Shown here piece by piece: positions 20,698 through 30,006 of a stretch of DNA of 64,000 bases. Position numbers and translations under genes: made by a program. The notes below the pieces were generated by a model. That model was given only the letters and a program-made list of their open reading frames with translations. It made no database searches and had not been told where the DNA came from. Location of the stretch: the NCBI GenBank assembly GCA_963737065.1, contig CAVTRC010000002.1, forward strand, positions 448,001 to 512,000. Direction: 5' to 3'. Numbering within the stretch: the first letter of the stretch is position 1; each line of letters starts with the position of its first letter. Source of the DNA: Candidatus Eremiobacteria bacterium (lineage in GTDB: Bacteria; Vulcanimicrobiota; Vulcanimicrobiia; Vulcanimicrobiales; Vulcanimicrobiaceae).

Positions 20698-21248
20698 TGC
20701 GCTTCAACTACCTGTATGATGCGCCACCGGACCTGATCGAGCACATGCGTGCGATTCGCTTGCCGCGCGAGTTGCGAACCCCACTCTCGGCGCTGATCAC
20801 CGCAATCGCCGTTGTCGTTGCCTGGTGGTTCCTCGAACGTCACTGGGTGTCGCAAGCGGCGAGAGAAGAGGCCGTTGCCGCGCTGCGCCTGCAACAAAGC
20901 CGTCAAGCTTTCGATGCAACGAAGTTAGTGCGCGCCGACATCCAGCAGCTCTTGATGCTTGATACGCGGCTACGGGAGATTCGGTTGTCGGGGTCCGCGC
21001 TTGCTGACCGCTTAGCGGACCTCGGCAATCACGTTCCACACCAAGCGTGGCTGACGTCGGTCGCGCGCACCGAGGACGGCGTGGAACTGCTCGGGCGCGC
21101 CGAAGGCCTGCACGTCTTAAGCGCAACGGTCGCCGACCTGATGTCGAGCACGGCCGCATCTTCGCCGACGCTCATCCGTGCCGTGCGCGACGAACGGACT
21201 ACGGCGATCATCTCATTCACGATACACGCAGAGGAGCGGAAAAAGTGA
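20697..21248 (+). CDS. pilN: PilN-like protein
   Basis: N-terminal FNYL (INLL-like), TM, coiled coil, VPHQAWLTSV. Confidence 0.75.
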   Translation: MRFNYLYDAPPDLIEHMRAIRLPRELRTPLSALITAIAVVVAWWFLERHWVSQAAREEAVAALRLQQSRQAFDATKLVRADIQQLLMLDTRLREIRLSGSALADRLADLGNHVPHQAWLTSVARTEDGVELLGRAEGLHVLSATVADLMSSTAASSPTLIRAVRDERTTAIISFTIHAEERKK

Positions 21249-21880
21249 ATCGGCGGATGGACGTCCGCGCGTGGATCCGGATAACGTGGCTACTCACCGC
21301 GGTCGTCGTTGCCGGTATTGGTATCGCGTGCATTTGGTGGCCGCAATCGGAAGAGATTTCGCGACACCACGCGCGCGCGCTCGAGTTGTACGATGAAGCG
21401 AATACGTTCGATGCGCAAACGAGGCGTGCGTCGCAGCTTCGCGCCGCGCAAAGCCGTATTACCTCAGACCTCTCACAGCTAGGCGGAACTCGTTCGGCGG
21501 GAGCGATCACTGCCGCTTTTCTTCAGTTGCTTCACGAAGAGTCGACGCGTCAGAACGTAGACGTTCGCGAGGTGGCGCCGGACACGAGCGCGCATGCCTC
21601 GCCATCCTTCGTTCGAGATGCCGCGGCAGTGAGGACCACGGACAACGTCCTTGCGACGACCGACGTCGCGATCTCTTTGCGTGGTCCTTTTCGCAATATC
21701 GTTGCTTTCGTAAGCGACCTTCCGCGTCACGATGTCTTGATCGATGTTCGCGACATTCAACTCAGCTCAACGCAGACGGTTCACAGACCACCCGTTCTCG
21801 ACGTAACACTCCATACGACGATGTATCGCCTCGTATCGACGCCAACAGCAGGGAGCTCTCGTGTACGCACTCTCCGGTGA
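21245..21880 (+). CDS. pilO: PilO-like protein
   Basis: TM, coiled coil, ISLRGPFRNIVAFVSDL; follows pilN. Confidence 0.72.
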   Translation: MNRRMDVRAWIRITWLLTAVVVAGIGIACIWWPQSEEISRHHARALELYDEANTFDAQTRRASQLRAAQSRITSDLSQLGGTRSAGAITAAFLQLLHEESTRQNVDVREVAPDTSAHASPSFVRDAAAVRTTDNVLATTDVAISLRGPFRNIVAFVSDLPRHDVLIDVRDIQLSSTQTVHRPPVLDVTLHTTMYRLVSTPTAGSSRVRTLR

Positions 21881-22394
21881 AGACCGCGACCAATTGATGC
21901 GGATCTCGCTTGCAATCGTTTGCGGCGGCTCAGCGATATTACCGTTTACCGTGCCTCCCACGTCGCCGGCTGCTCGCGCGCACGTTGTCCCGCCGACCGT
22001 TGCTATTGCCGTGCCGCGCGTACCGGGCGCCTTGCGCTTTCCCGAGATTCGCATCGACCGCGACCCATTCGTCGCCGACGATGCAGCCGTCTCGGCGCAA
22101 GCAACACCGGATCGTGTGACGAGATACGGAGCGGCTGACGAAATCGGCATCGTCTTGCCTCCGAACGCGGGCGCTCGAAGCGCGCCTCCGGAGACGACGG
22201 TTGCCTTAGGTCTGCCCGTAGTGCGTGGGATTGTGCTCGGCGATGTGCCTCAAGCACTTATCGATGCGGGGAACGGAGTCAAGGTCTATAGCGTGGGAGA
22301 CCGCATCGGAAACAACGCGATTGCCTCGATCGATTCCTCCGGCGTCGTACTTTCCAACGGCGTTCGCCTCGCAATCGTGCACGAGGCGAAATGA
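21861..22394 (+). CDS. PilP/GspC-like protein
   Basis: RDPF motif, VRGIVLG...ALI...VGDRIG...IASID; precedes secretin. Confidence 0.6.
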   Translation: MYALSGEDRDQLMRISLAIVCGGSAILPFTVPPTSPAARAHVVPPTVAIAVPRVPGALRFPEIRIDRDPFVADDAAVSAQATPDRVTRYGAADEIGIVLPPNAGARSAPPETTVALGLPVVRGIVLGDVPQALIDAGNGVKVYSVGDRIGNNAIASIDSSGVVLSNGVRLAIVHEAK

Positions 22395-23779
22395 AGGCGT
22401 TCGTTTCGATTATCCTGCTCTTAACGTTGCTGTCCGTTTCGGCGGTGGCGGCCGAAAAAGTGCTCACGCTCGACGTTCAGGACGTATACTTGTCCGACGC
22501 ACTGGCTTTACTCGGAGCTGAAGCCGGCGTCAACATCGTTACCGACTCCAGCGTGAAACCCGAGCGAATCACCGTTCGACTCAAGAACGTGACGTTCGAA
22601 AACGCACTTTCCGTCATTACGAATTCTTACGGCCTTCAAGTCCGGCGCGAAGGCAGCGTGTTGATCGTCGGCGAGGCTGATGCGATGAATCGGCGATACG
22701 ACGGCGCGAACACGCCCTTGGGCCCGCAGACGTTTCTATTACCGCTCGCGCATGCGAAGCCGGACGACGTTGCCAAGGAACTAAACGACGCGCTTCCTAT
22801 GGGGACGGTCATCGTGGCGGACAAGCGCACACGATCGGTGGTCGTAACCGGCCCGAGCGAAACGATCGCGCGCGCAAAATACTTGGTTTCCGTGCTCGAT
22901 GCACCGATCAATGCAGGATCCGGCGCACTGCCCGCAACGACGTACCGTCTGCGCTATATCCGCACCGATGAAGCCATTAAAGAACTCAAGCTGCTCGCAC
23001 CCGACGGAGTGTACGTGCCGGACGACCAGCATAACAGCGTGCTGGTAAGCGGGGATGACGATGTTCAAACTGCCGCTTTGCATCTCGTGGAATCGATGGA
23101 TCGGCCAAGCCCGCAGGTGATGTTTGAGGTCAAAGTCGCGGACGTCACTCCGGAGACCAAAGACTCCAATATCGGTCTAGAGTGGGGAGGAACCGACGTA
23201 CAAGGCCATCCGACGCAAGGCTCCGCCACATACGCGTTTACCGGCGGTTCGGTTCCTCTGAACGTCACGCTCAATGCGCTCATCACAGAGGGACGCGCGC
23301 AAATTCTTGCAACGCCGAAGCTCGTAACGATCAATAACAAAGAAGCGGATTTATTGATCGGGCAAACGTACCCCGTAATCTATAGCACCTCTGTGCTCGG
23401 TGGACAAAACGTTCAATTCGTCGACATCGGCGTAAAGTTGCGTCTTACACCAACGATCGGTCCCGACGGTGTCGTGACCGCGGAACTTCATCCCGAATAT
23501 AGCGAATTGCTCGGCCTGACGAGCACGGGCTATCCAATCATCGCGAACCGAAAGATCGACAGTACGCTTCGGGTTGCCGATTCGCAAACGATCGTGCTGG
23601 GTGGATTAATGCGGGATGTCGATAATGAAACGTTGGAGCGTGTTCCGGGGCTCTCCAGCATACCGGTGCTCGGTGAGTTCTTCAAAAATCGAATCACGCA
23701 TCACGAGCGCGACGAGATCGTGTTTCTGATCACGCCGCACGTGATTTACCCCGATCAAAACGCGAAGGCGCAAAAGTGA
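22391..23779 (+). CDS. Outer-membrane secretin (PilQ/GspD family)
   Basis: Signal peptide, STN/N3 domains, QVMFEV, GVKLRLTP, IVLGGL, VPGLSSIPVLGEFF, ITPHVI. Confidence 0.93.
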   Translation: MKAFVSIILLLTLLSVSAVAAEKVLTLDVQDVYLSDALALLGAEAGVNIVTDSSVKPERITVRLKNVTFENALSVITNSYGLQVRREGSVLIVGEADAMNRRYDGANTPLGPQTFLLPLAHAKPDDVAKELNDALPMGTVIVADKRTRSVVVTGPSETIARAKYLVSVLDAPINAGSGALPATTYRLRYIRTDEAIKELKLLAPDGVYVPDDQHNSVLVSGDDDVQTAALHLVESMDRPSPQVMFEVKVADVTPETKDSNIGLEWGGTDVQGHPTQGSATYAFTGGSVPLNVTLNALITEGRAQILATPKLVTINNKEADLLIGQTYPVIYSTSVLGGQNVQFVDIGVKLRLTPTIGPDGVVTAELHPEYSELLGLTSTGYPIIANRKIDSTLRVADSQTIVLGGLMRDVDNETLERVPGLSSIPVLGEFFKNRITHHERDEIVFLITPHVIYPDQNAKAQK

Positions 23780-23826
23780 CGCAAGCCGTGGTGTGAACCG
23801 CGTCGGTTGTTGGGAAAACTCGCGAC

Positions 23827-24417
23827 ATGAAACATGAGAGTGGAATGCATGATGCCGCTTTATTACTTGCTCGCGGCGTTCTTGGTGCAAGCATCGCGGC
23901 TCACGGCACACAAAAGCTTTTCGGCTGGTTTGGCGGACCGGGTCCGGAGGGCGCGTCGCAGTTCATGGGAATGCTCGGCTTTCAGCCGGCCGATACGATG
24001 GCGCGCGTTGCTTCGTTAACCGAAGTCGCATCGGGCCTTTTGATCGCGACCGGCACCGGCGGTCCACTTGGGCCGATGCTGTTAACATCCGTGATGGTGA
24101 CCGCGGTCGCGAGCGTTCACTTCAAAAACGGCTACTGGAATTCAAATCAGGGCTTCGAGCTGAACACGATGTACGTGCTCCTCGCGCTGCTCTTGGCAGT
24201 CGAGGATCATGGGCGGTTCAGTGTCGATGAAGCGATCGGCCTTCGTAAGAAGATGCATCCCCGATTGGGATGGCTCGCCGTTGCCGGCGGCATCGGGGCC
24301 GCGGCATTCATTCTTTCACGCCGGGAAACGCAGCAGCCGCAAGCGCATGCAGCGTCGCCGACGGAAGTCGGGACGTTAGGCGAGCCGGCGGACGACATCA
24401 CGCCTGCGACGCAGTAG
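23827..24417 (+). CDS. DoxX family membrane protein
   Basis: HGTQKLFGWFGGPG, VHFKNG, GFE, GRFSVD. Confidence 0.88.
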   Translation: MKHESGMHDAALLLARGVLGASIAAHGTQKLFGWFGGPGPEGASQFMGMLGFQPADTMARVASLTEVASGLLIATGTGGPLGPMLLTSVMVTAVASVHFKNGYWNSNQGFELNTMYVLLALLLAVEDHGRFSVDEAIGLRKKMHPRLGWLAVAGGIGAAAFILSRRETQQPQAHAASPTEVGTLGEPADDITPATQ

Positions 24418-24424
24418 CGGGTTC

Positions 24425-24491
24425 CTACTAAAAGCTTAGTTGACAGACGCGTCCATCCGGTGTAGGCTTCTACTAAGTTTTTAGTAGAAGC
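24425..24491 (+). promoter_or_regulatory. Sigma70-type promoter with two BlaI-type operators
   Basis: TTGACA (24440)-17 nt-TAGGCT (24463); perfect IR GCTTCTACTAA-gttt-TTAGTAGAAGC (24466-24491); imperfect CTACTAA-aagc-TTAGTTG (24425-24442). Confidence 0.8.
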
Positions 24492-24506
24492 TCGGGGAGG
24501 GCCGCA

Positions 24507-24893
24507 GTGTCGCGTAACAGGGTCAAATCTCTTACCAAAGCGGAGCTCCGGATCATGCAAGTGCTCTGGAGACTTCGCCGTGGCACGGTCGCGGATGTCG
24601 TCGCTGCTATGCCGCCACCGCCGCTTGCATATACGACGGTCCTCACGATGTTACGCATTCTCGAGCAAAAGGGCGCGGTAAAACGCGAACTCGAGGGACG
24701 CGCGCATGTGTATTATCCGGCGTTTGCGCAAGACGACGCCGCGCGCAACGCGATCGGCGACGTCGTGCAAGCGTTCTTCAAGAATAGTAAGACCGCGCTC
24801 GCCATGCGCCTTATCGCCGAAGAGAAGCCGGATAAGGACGAACTCGCGCGCATGAAAGCGCTCATCGCACGGTACGAGGAAGATCAACGATGA
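24507..24893 (+). CDS. BlaI/MecI/CopY family repressor
   Basis: LTKAELRIMQVLW, LAYTTVLTMLRILEQKG, GRAHVY. Confidence 0.95.
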   Translation: MSRNRVKSLTKAELRIMQVLWRLRRGTVADVVAAMPPPPLAYTTVLTMLRILEQKGAVKRELEGRAHVYYPAFAQDDAARNAIGDVVQAFFKNSKTALAMRLIAEEKPDKDELARMKALIARYEEDQR

Positions 24894-26818
24894 TTGCGCT
24901 GCAGCCTGTCGAGTCGTGCGGTATCGCCGTGCTCGTTACGGCGCTCGTCAACGCGATTTGGCAACCCGCGCTCATCGCGGGCATTACATGGTTCGCCTTA
25001 CGCATCTCACGTTGCACGAACGCAACGACGCGTCATGCCGTGTGGACCGTTGCGCTCATCGCAAGCATCTGCGTGCCGGTCCTCAGCGCGACATCACTCG
25101 TTTTGCCGCAGGCGTCCGTTCAAACTCCAGCGACGTCCGAACCCGTTCACTCGCCGGCGAAGGCACCGAGAGTCGCAAGCAAAATCACCGGGATAAGGTC
25201 CTTTCCGCTTTCGACGGCGACGCTTCCCGTCGTTCATCGACCGAAGATTGCCGTGCATCCAACGCTTGCGATGATTATCGCGGGCGTGTGGGCGGCCATT
25301 TCGCTTCTAGTCCTCGGACGTCTCGCCCTTAGTTTCTTCTACCTCGAGCGCCTCAAACGCGATGCGCTTCCGCTTTCCGTCGATCGCCGGCATGCGCTTT
25401 CGCGCTGGGATCGCGCCGAAAAAGGACAGCGCGATGTACGGATCTGCGTAACGGACGAAATTCGCGTGCCCGTTGCGGTGGGCATCTTCGACGCGATGAT
25501 CCTCTTACCGAAAGACCTTGTCGAGGAACTGGACTCGACCGATTTAGATCGCATCCTGCTGCATGAACTCGCGCACGTTCGCCGTTCGGACGACTGGGTG
25601 AATCTCGTCGAACGCATCGCGATGGCGCTGCTGTTTTTCAGCCCCGGCATGTACTTCATCGCACGGCAGATGGACCTCGAGCGCGAAGTCGCATGCGACG
25701 ATTGGGTCCTCGCGCAAGCTGCTGAAAATGCGTCGTACGCGCGCTGCCTGGCTCGTATCGTCGAGATGACGCAATGGCCGTACCGCGCCCTTGCGGCACC
25801 CGGGGTCTTCGTTACTCGTCGCAGCATGTCGATTCGCATCGAACGATTGCTGGCGCGTGGGCGCGATATCCGTATTCGGCTCGCGATTGTGCCGTCGCTG
25901 GTTTCCCTTGCGGCGATTGTCGCGATCGTTATCGCGGGCGGTTTCGTCTCGCCCACGATTGCTTACACGATGAGCGCTGACGTAACGGTCCCTGCGGTTC
26001 GCGCCAAGCCGGCCGTTGTTGCTGCAAAGAGCGCGCCGCGCACGACCACTACAGTGAAGACGGCGCCGAAACCTTCGCCGACGGCAACGCGTACGCCGTT
26101 GCTCGCGGCGTATGTTCCGCTGACGGCGCCGGCCACACATGCGGCGGTTCATGTCCACGTGGACGCGCGTGCGCACGCAGCGGTGCACGAGCATGTCAAT
26201 GTTTCAGCCCAAACCGGCTTCGCTACTCGCGGCACGGTTACGGTTGCCGCGGCCAGTCCGGTGCCGTTCGCGAATGTCGTTGCGGACACCGGGTATCTCG
26301 ACGAACTACGCGCGGCCGGCCTGACGAACCTCGATGCCGACAGCGTTATCGCGCTCAAATCGGTCGGCGTTACCGGCGACTATATCCGGGAAATGCGGGC
26401 GGCTGGGATCGGGCAGTTGACCGCACGCGAGCTCGTTGCGCTCAAGTCTGTCGGTGTAACACCGGACTATGTGAGCATGATGCGCAACGCCGGTCTGGCT
26501 GCAAGCGATGCGCGCGGCTGGACCGAACTGAAATCCGTCGGCGTTACTCCCGACTATGCGAGCGCGCTGCGAACCGCGGGAATTCGCGCGATCGATACAC
26601 GAACGCTCGTCGAATTGAAAACAATGGACGTCACGCCGGCCTACATCGGCGACCTTGCAAACGCCGGTTATGCGCATCTCGCGGCGCGCGAATACGGCGA
26701 GTTGAAATCGGTGGGTGTCGACGGTGCGTACATTGAGCGCCTAGCGCAACACGGATTTACGAAGTTGCCGATTCACAAACTGGTCGAGTTCAAAGCGATG
26801 GGAATCGATCCAAAGTGA
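24890..26818 (+). CDS. BlaR1-like M56 membrane metallopeptidase with six C-terminal 29-aa repeats
   Basis: HELAH, REVACD, TM helices; repeats Y..E.R.AG...L....L..LKSVGV..D at 26294-26815. Confidence 0.92.
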   Translation: MIALQPVESCGIAVLVTALVNAIWQPALIAGITWFALRISRCTNATTRHAVWTVALIASICVPVLSATSLVLPQASVQTPATSEPVHSPAKAPRVASKITGIRSFPLSTATLPVVHRPKIAVHPTLAMIIAGVWAAISLLVLGRLALSFFYLERLKRDALPLSVDRRHALSRWDRAEKGQRDVRICVTDEIRVPVAVGIFDAMILLPKDLVEELDSTDLDRILLHELAHVRRSDDWVNLVERIAMALLFFSPGMYFIARQMDLEREVACDDWVLAQAAENASYARCLARIVEMTQWPYRALAAPGVFVTRRSMSIRIERLLARGRDIRIRLAIVPSLVSLAAIVAIVIAGGFVSPTIAYTMSADVTVPAVRAKPAVVAAKSAPRTTTTVKTAPKPSPTATRTPLLAAYVPLTAPATHAAVHVHVDARAHAAVHEHVNVSAQTGFATRGTVTVAAASPVPFANVVADTGYLDELRAAGLTNLDADSVIALKSVGVTGDYIREMRAAGIGQLTARELVALKSVGVTPDYVSMMRNAGLAASDARGWTELKSVGVTPDYASALRTAGIRAIDTRTLVELKTMDVTPAYIGDLANAGYAHLAAREYGELKSVGVDGAYIERLAQHGFTKLPIHKLVEFKAMGIDPK

Positions 26819-27603
26819 GCCGGCCACGCTACCGTACGATGATTGCAGCGCTTAGCGCGAACATATTCGTGGCCGTCGTCGCAGTCGCGGCGTTCACGGC
26901 GTCGGCGAACGCTGACGTTGCGCACGGGACATGGAATATCACGGCCGACCACGGGGCCGTTCAGCTTGAAACGCGTTGGAATTCCGGCAGCGGCCGTCAC
27001 GACAACGAGCATTCTTCGGCGATCGACGCAGCGGCGCTCGGAATTTCTAAAGCACTCGCCTCGCCGGGGCAGCATGTGACGTTTAACCTACATCGCGAAG
27101 CCGGGGATTACGCGTTTGACGGCTGGTTAGGCAATGGTGAGGGCGCGGGCAATTACACGTTCGCGCCGAACGAATCGTTCTTCACGGCTCTGCGCAAACG
27201 GGGCTACGACGTGCAGACGTTGGATTACGAAATCGCATTCGGCAATCTCGACATCACGACGCAGTACGTCGATGAAATGGAAGCGCTCGGATACAAGCTG
27301 GAGGTCAATAAACTCGTTGCAATGAGAGCGCTCGGCGTAACGGCACAATACGTGCGCGATTTACGATCCGCTGGGGTCAGCGACGTTACGCAGTCGCAGG
27401 TGATTTCAATGCGCGCGCTTCGCGTCGACCGCGCGTACGTCGATGAGATCGCGCAAGCCGGCTTTCCGCACCTTTCCGCAAACGAATATGTGACGCTGAA
27501 GGCGTTACGCGTCGACGGCGCCTATATCAGGTACCTGCGCGGTCATGGTTTTAAAAACCTCACGGTCAATCAGGTCGTCACGATGAAAGCAGAGCGAATT
27601 TAG
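26815..27603 (+). CDS. Secreted protein with about five copies of the same 28-29-aa repeat
   Basis: Signal peptide ending ASANA; YVRDLRSAG...MRALRVD repeats; GTGA overlap. Confidence 0.8.
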   Translation: MSRPRYRTMIAALSANIFVAVVAVAAFTASANADVAHGTWNITADHGAVQLETRWNSGSGRHDNEHSSAIDAAALGISKALASPGQHVTFNLHREAGDYAFDGWLGNGEGAGNYTFAPNESFFTALRKRGYDVQTLDYEIAFGNLDITTQYVDEMEALGYKLEVNKLVAMRALGVTAQYVRDLRSAGVSDVTQSQVISMRALRVDRAYVDEIAQAGFPHLSANEYVTLKALRVDGAYIRYLRGHGFKNLTVNQVVTMKAERI

Positions 27604-27677
27604 CCTTATTCCACAAGGAAAATCGAGCCGTTTAGAAAATCGTCCGGTCAATTAGCTGCCCCCCTCGAAAGGACAGT

Positions 27678-28100
27678 ATGACCAAGAACGAGTTAGCTCG
27701 TGAGCTCGCCGAGGAACTGGAAATGCCGCGCCGTCAAGTGGTTGAGATCATCGACGCGCTGCTGGACAAATTCACCGACGTGCTCAAGTCGGGCGATAAG
27801 GTCCAGCTGACCCCCTTCGGCCAGTTCAAGGTTCGGGATCGCGCCGCTCGTGTCGCGCGCAACCCGAAGACGGGCGAACCGATCAAAGTCCCAGCGAAGC
27901 GGGTTCTGAAGTTTATCGCCGGACGTACGCTGAAGGAGGCCGTCGGCACGGCCAAGCGCGGCGGCGGAGCGGCGAAGAAGTCGTCGGCGAAGAAATCAAC
28001 GGCGAAAAAGAGCGCCGCGAAGAAGGCTTCGCCACGTAAAGCGACGCCGGCCCGTAAAGGTGCGGCGAAGAAGACGCCCGGAGGCAAGAAAGGCCGGTAG
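27678..28100 (+). CDS. hup: HU family DNA-binding protein with Lys/Ala-rich tail
   Basis: MTKNEL, FGQF...RAARVARNPKTGE, AAKK-rich C-terminus. Confidence 0.93.
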   Translation: MTKNELARELAEELEMPRRQVVEIIDALLDKFTDVLKSGDKVQLTPFGQFKVRDRAARVARNPKTGEPIKVPAKRVLKFIAGRTLKEAVGTAKRGGGAAKKSSAKKSTAKKSAAKKASPRKATPARKGAAKKTPGGKKGR

Positions 28101-28117
28101 TTTTCGCGCTAGAGTAC

Positions 28118-28151
28118 GAGCCGCCCGTTCACCGGGCGGCTCTTTGTTTTT
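28118..28151 (+). terminator. Rho-independent terminator after hup
   Basis: GAGCCGCCCG-ttcac-CGGGCGGCTC followed by TTTGTTTTT. Confidence 0.85.
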
Positions 28152-28160
28152 GACGATTCT

Positions 28161-28769
28161 CTATGCGGTCGGCGCATGCGCGCGATTTGGCTGCGCGACG
28201 CCGGTTTCAGCGCGCGATTGTTTCCCGCCCGCAGTCGCGAAGAGCCGAATCATCGCGGCGTTGAATGTCGGGATGTCATCCGGTTTTCGACTCGTTACCA
28301 TCCCCGGCGACTCCACGGCCGGCTGATCGACCCACTCGCCGCCTGCGTTACGTATGTCCGTTTTCAACGATGGCCACGACGTCACTTTTCGACCGTCGAC
28401 CAGCCCAGCTTCAATCAAAATCCATGGCGCGTGACAGATCGCCGCGATCGGCTTACCGGCCGCCGCAATCCGCGCGACAAATTGAACGGCTTTGGGTTCC
28501 GTCCGCAGTTTGTCGGCGTTGAGCGCACCTCCCGGCAGCAGCAAGGCGTCGAAGTCGTCCGGATTCGCTTCTTCGAGCGACATATCGACATTGAAGACTT
28601 CGGCCGGCGTGTGATGGTTCCACCCCTGCACCTGCGGTGTGTGCTCAGAAATCAGCACCGTCTTTGCACCGGCGGCGTCGAGCGCCTTTCTCGGTTCCAC
28701 CATTTCGGGTTGTTCGAATGCATCCTCGAGTAAAATCGCGACCCGCATGCTCAGTAACTCTTGTCTCAT
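28161..28769 (-). CDS. PfpI/DJ-1 family protein
   Basis: FEQPE, LLLPGGALNADKLR, AICHAPW, TSRKPDD. Confidence 0.92.
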   Translation of the reverse strand: MRQELLSMRVAILLEDAFEQPEMVEPRKALDAAGAKTVLISEHTPQVQGWNHHTPAEVFNVDMSLEEANPDDFDALLLPGGALNADKLRTEPKAVQFVARIAAAGKPIAAICHAPWILIEAGLVDGRKVTSWPSLKTDIRNAGGEWVDQPAVESPGMVTSRKPDDIPTFNAAMIRLFATAGGKQSRAETGVAQPNRAHAPTA

Positions 28770-28827
28770 AATATAGCCGTCGTACCCGCCGCAGGCGGCG
28801 TCAAAGTAGGCAGCCAAGGTAATTCGA

Positions 28828-30006
28828 GTGTTCCGGTATCTCACGGCCGGCGAATCACACGGACCTGCGTTAGTCGGCATCCTCGACGGGTTGCCTGCGC
28901 ACATACCGCTGAACGTCGAAGAAATTAATACCACGCTCGCACGTCGCCAAGGCGGGTACGGGCGCGGCGCTCGCATGAGCATCGAACGAGATGAGATTGA
29001 ATTTCTCGCCGGCGTGCGCGGCAGTGAAACGTTAGGATCGCCCATTGCGATCGTCGTACGTAATCGTGATTTTGAGAACGTTCGCGCGTTGATGGATCCA
29101 CTCACGGGGAAGGGAACCCCGCTGACGAATCCGCGTCCCGGCCATGCCGACTACGCCGGCGCACTGAAATACCGGCATCGCGATTTACGTAACGTGCTCG
29201 AGCGGGCAAGTGCACGTGAAACGACGATGCGCGTTGCGCTCGGCGCGATTTGCGCGCAGTTTCTTTCGGCGCTCGGCGTCACGACGCGCAGCTACGTGCA
29301 TCGCATCGGAGACGTCGCAGCGCCTGTCCTCGACGAGTGGTCGCAGCAAGATGTCGAAGCGAGCGACGTGCGCTGCCCCGATCGCGCGACGGCGCATGCG
29401 ATGATCGCTGCGATCGACGCCGCTAAAGCGGCAGGTGACACGCTCGGCGGTCAATTCATCATTCAGATCGACGGTTTACCGGCAGGTGTCGGGAGCAATC
29501 GGCAACCGGACACCCGCCTTGACGGCGTGCTCGCCGGCGCGCTGATGGGAACGCAAACCGTCAAAGCGGTTGAAGTGGGGCTCGGAGCCGACGTCGCGTC
29601 GAAGCGTGGTTCGCAAGCCCATGACACGTTCGCGCTGCGCTCTTCGAGCGGCTCAGGAGAGGCAGTCGTGCGCGAAACAAATCGTGCGGGCGGAATCGAA
29701 GGCGGCATGAGTAACGGTCAGCCGGTGACGCTGCGCGTATCCGTCAAGCCGATTCCGACGCTGATGAACGCATTGCCTTCGGTCAATCTGCATGCGCGGC
29801 AAGATGCTCCGGCGACGATCGTGCGCAGCGATGTGTGCGTGGTCCCGGCGGCCGCAATCGTCGCCGAGGCGATGGTGCGCCTGGCCCTCGTCGCCCCGGT
29901 GCTTGAGAAATACGGTGGCGATTCGATGGAAGAAACGCTTGACAACGTGCAGCGCGCGAATGCCGCTGCGGCGGCGCTGTTCGCGACGGATCCGGAGGGG
30001 GTATGA
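28828..30006 (+). CDS. aroC: Chorismate synthase
   Basis: TAGESHG, RPGHAD, ERASARET, GGIEGGMSNG, RSDVC. Confidence 0.97.
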   Translation: MFRYLTAGESHGPALVGILDGLPAHIPLNVEEINTTLARRQGGYGRGARMSIERDEIEFLAGVRGSETLGSPIAIVVRNRDFENVRALMDPLTGKGTPLTNPRPGHADYAGALKYRHRDLRNVLERASARETTMRVALGAICAQFLSALGVTTRSYVHRIGDVAAPVLDEWSQQDVEASDVRCPDRATAHAMIAAIDAAKAAGDTLGGQFIIQIDGLPAGVGSNRQPDTRLDGVLAGALMGTQTVKAVEVGLGADVASKRGSQAHDTFALRSSSGSGEAVVRETNRAGGIEGGMSNGQPVTLRVSVKPIPTLMNALPSVNLHARQDAPATIVRSDVCVVPAAAIVAEAMVRLALVAPVLEKYGGDSMEETLDNVQRANAAAAALFATDPEGV

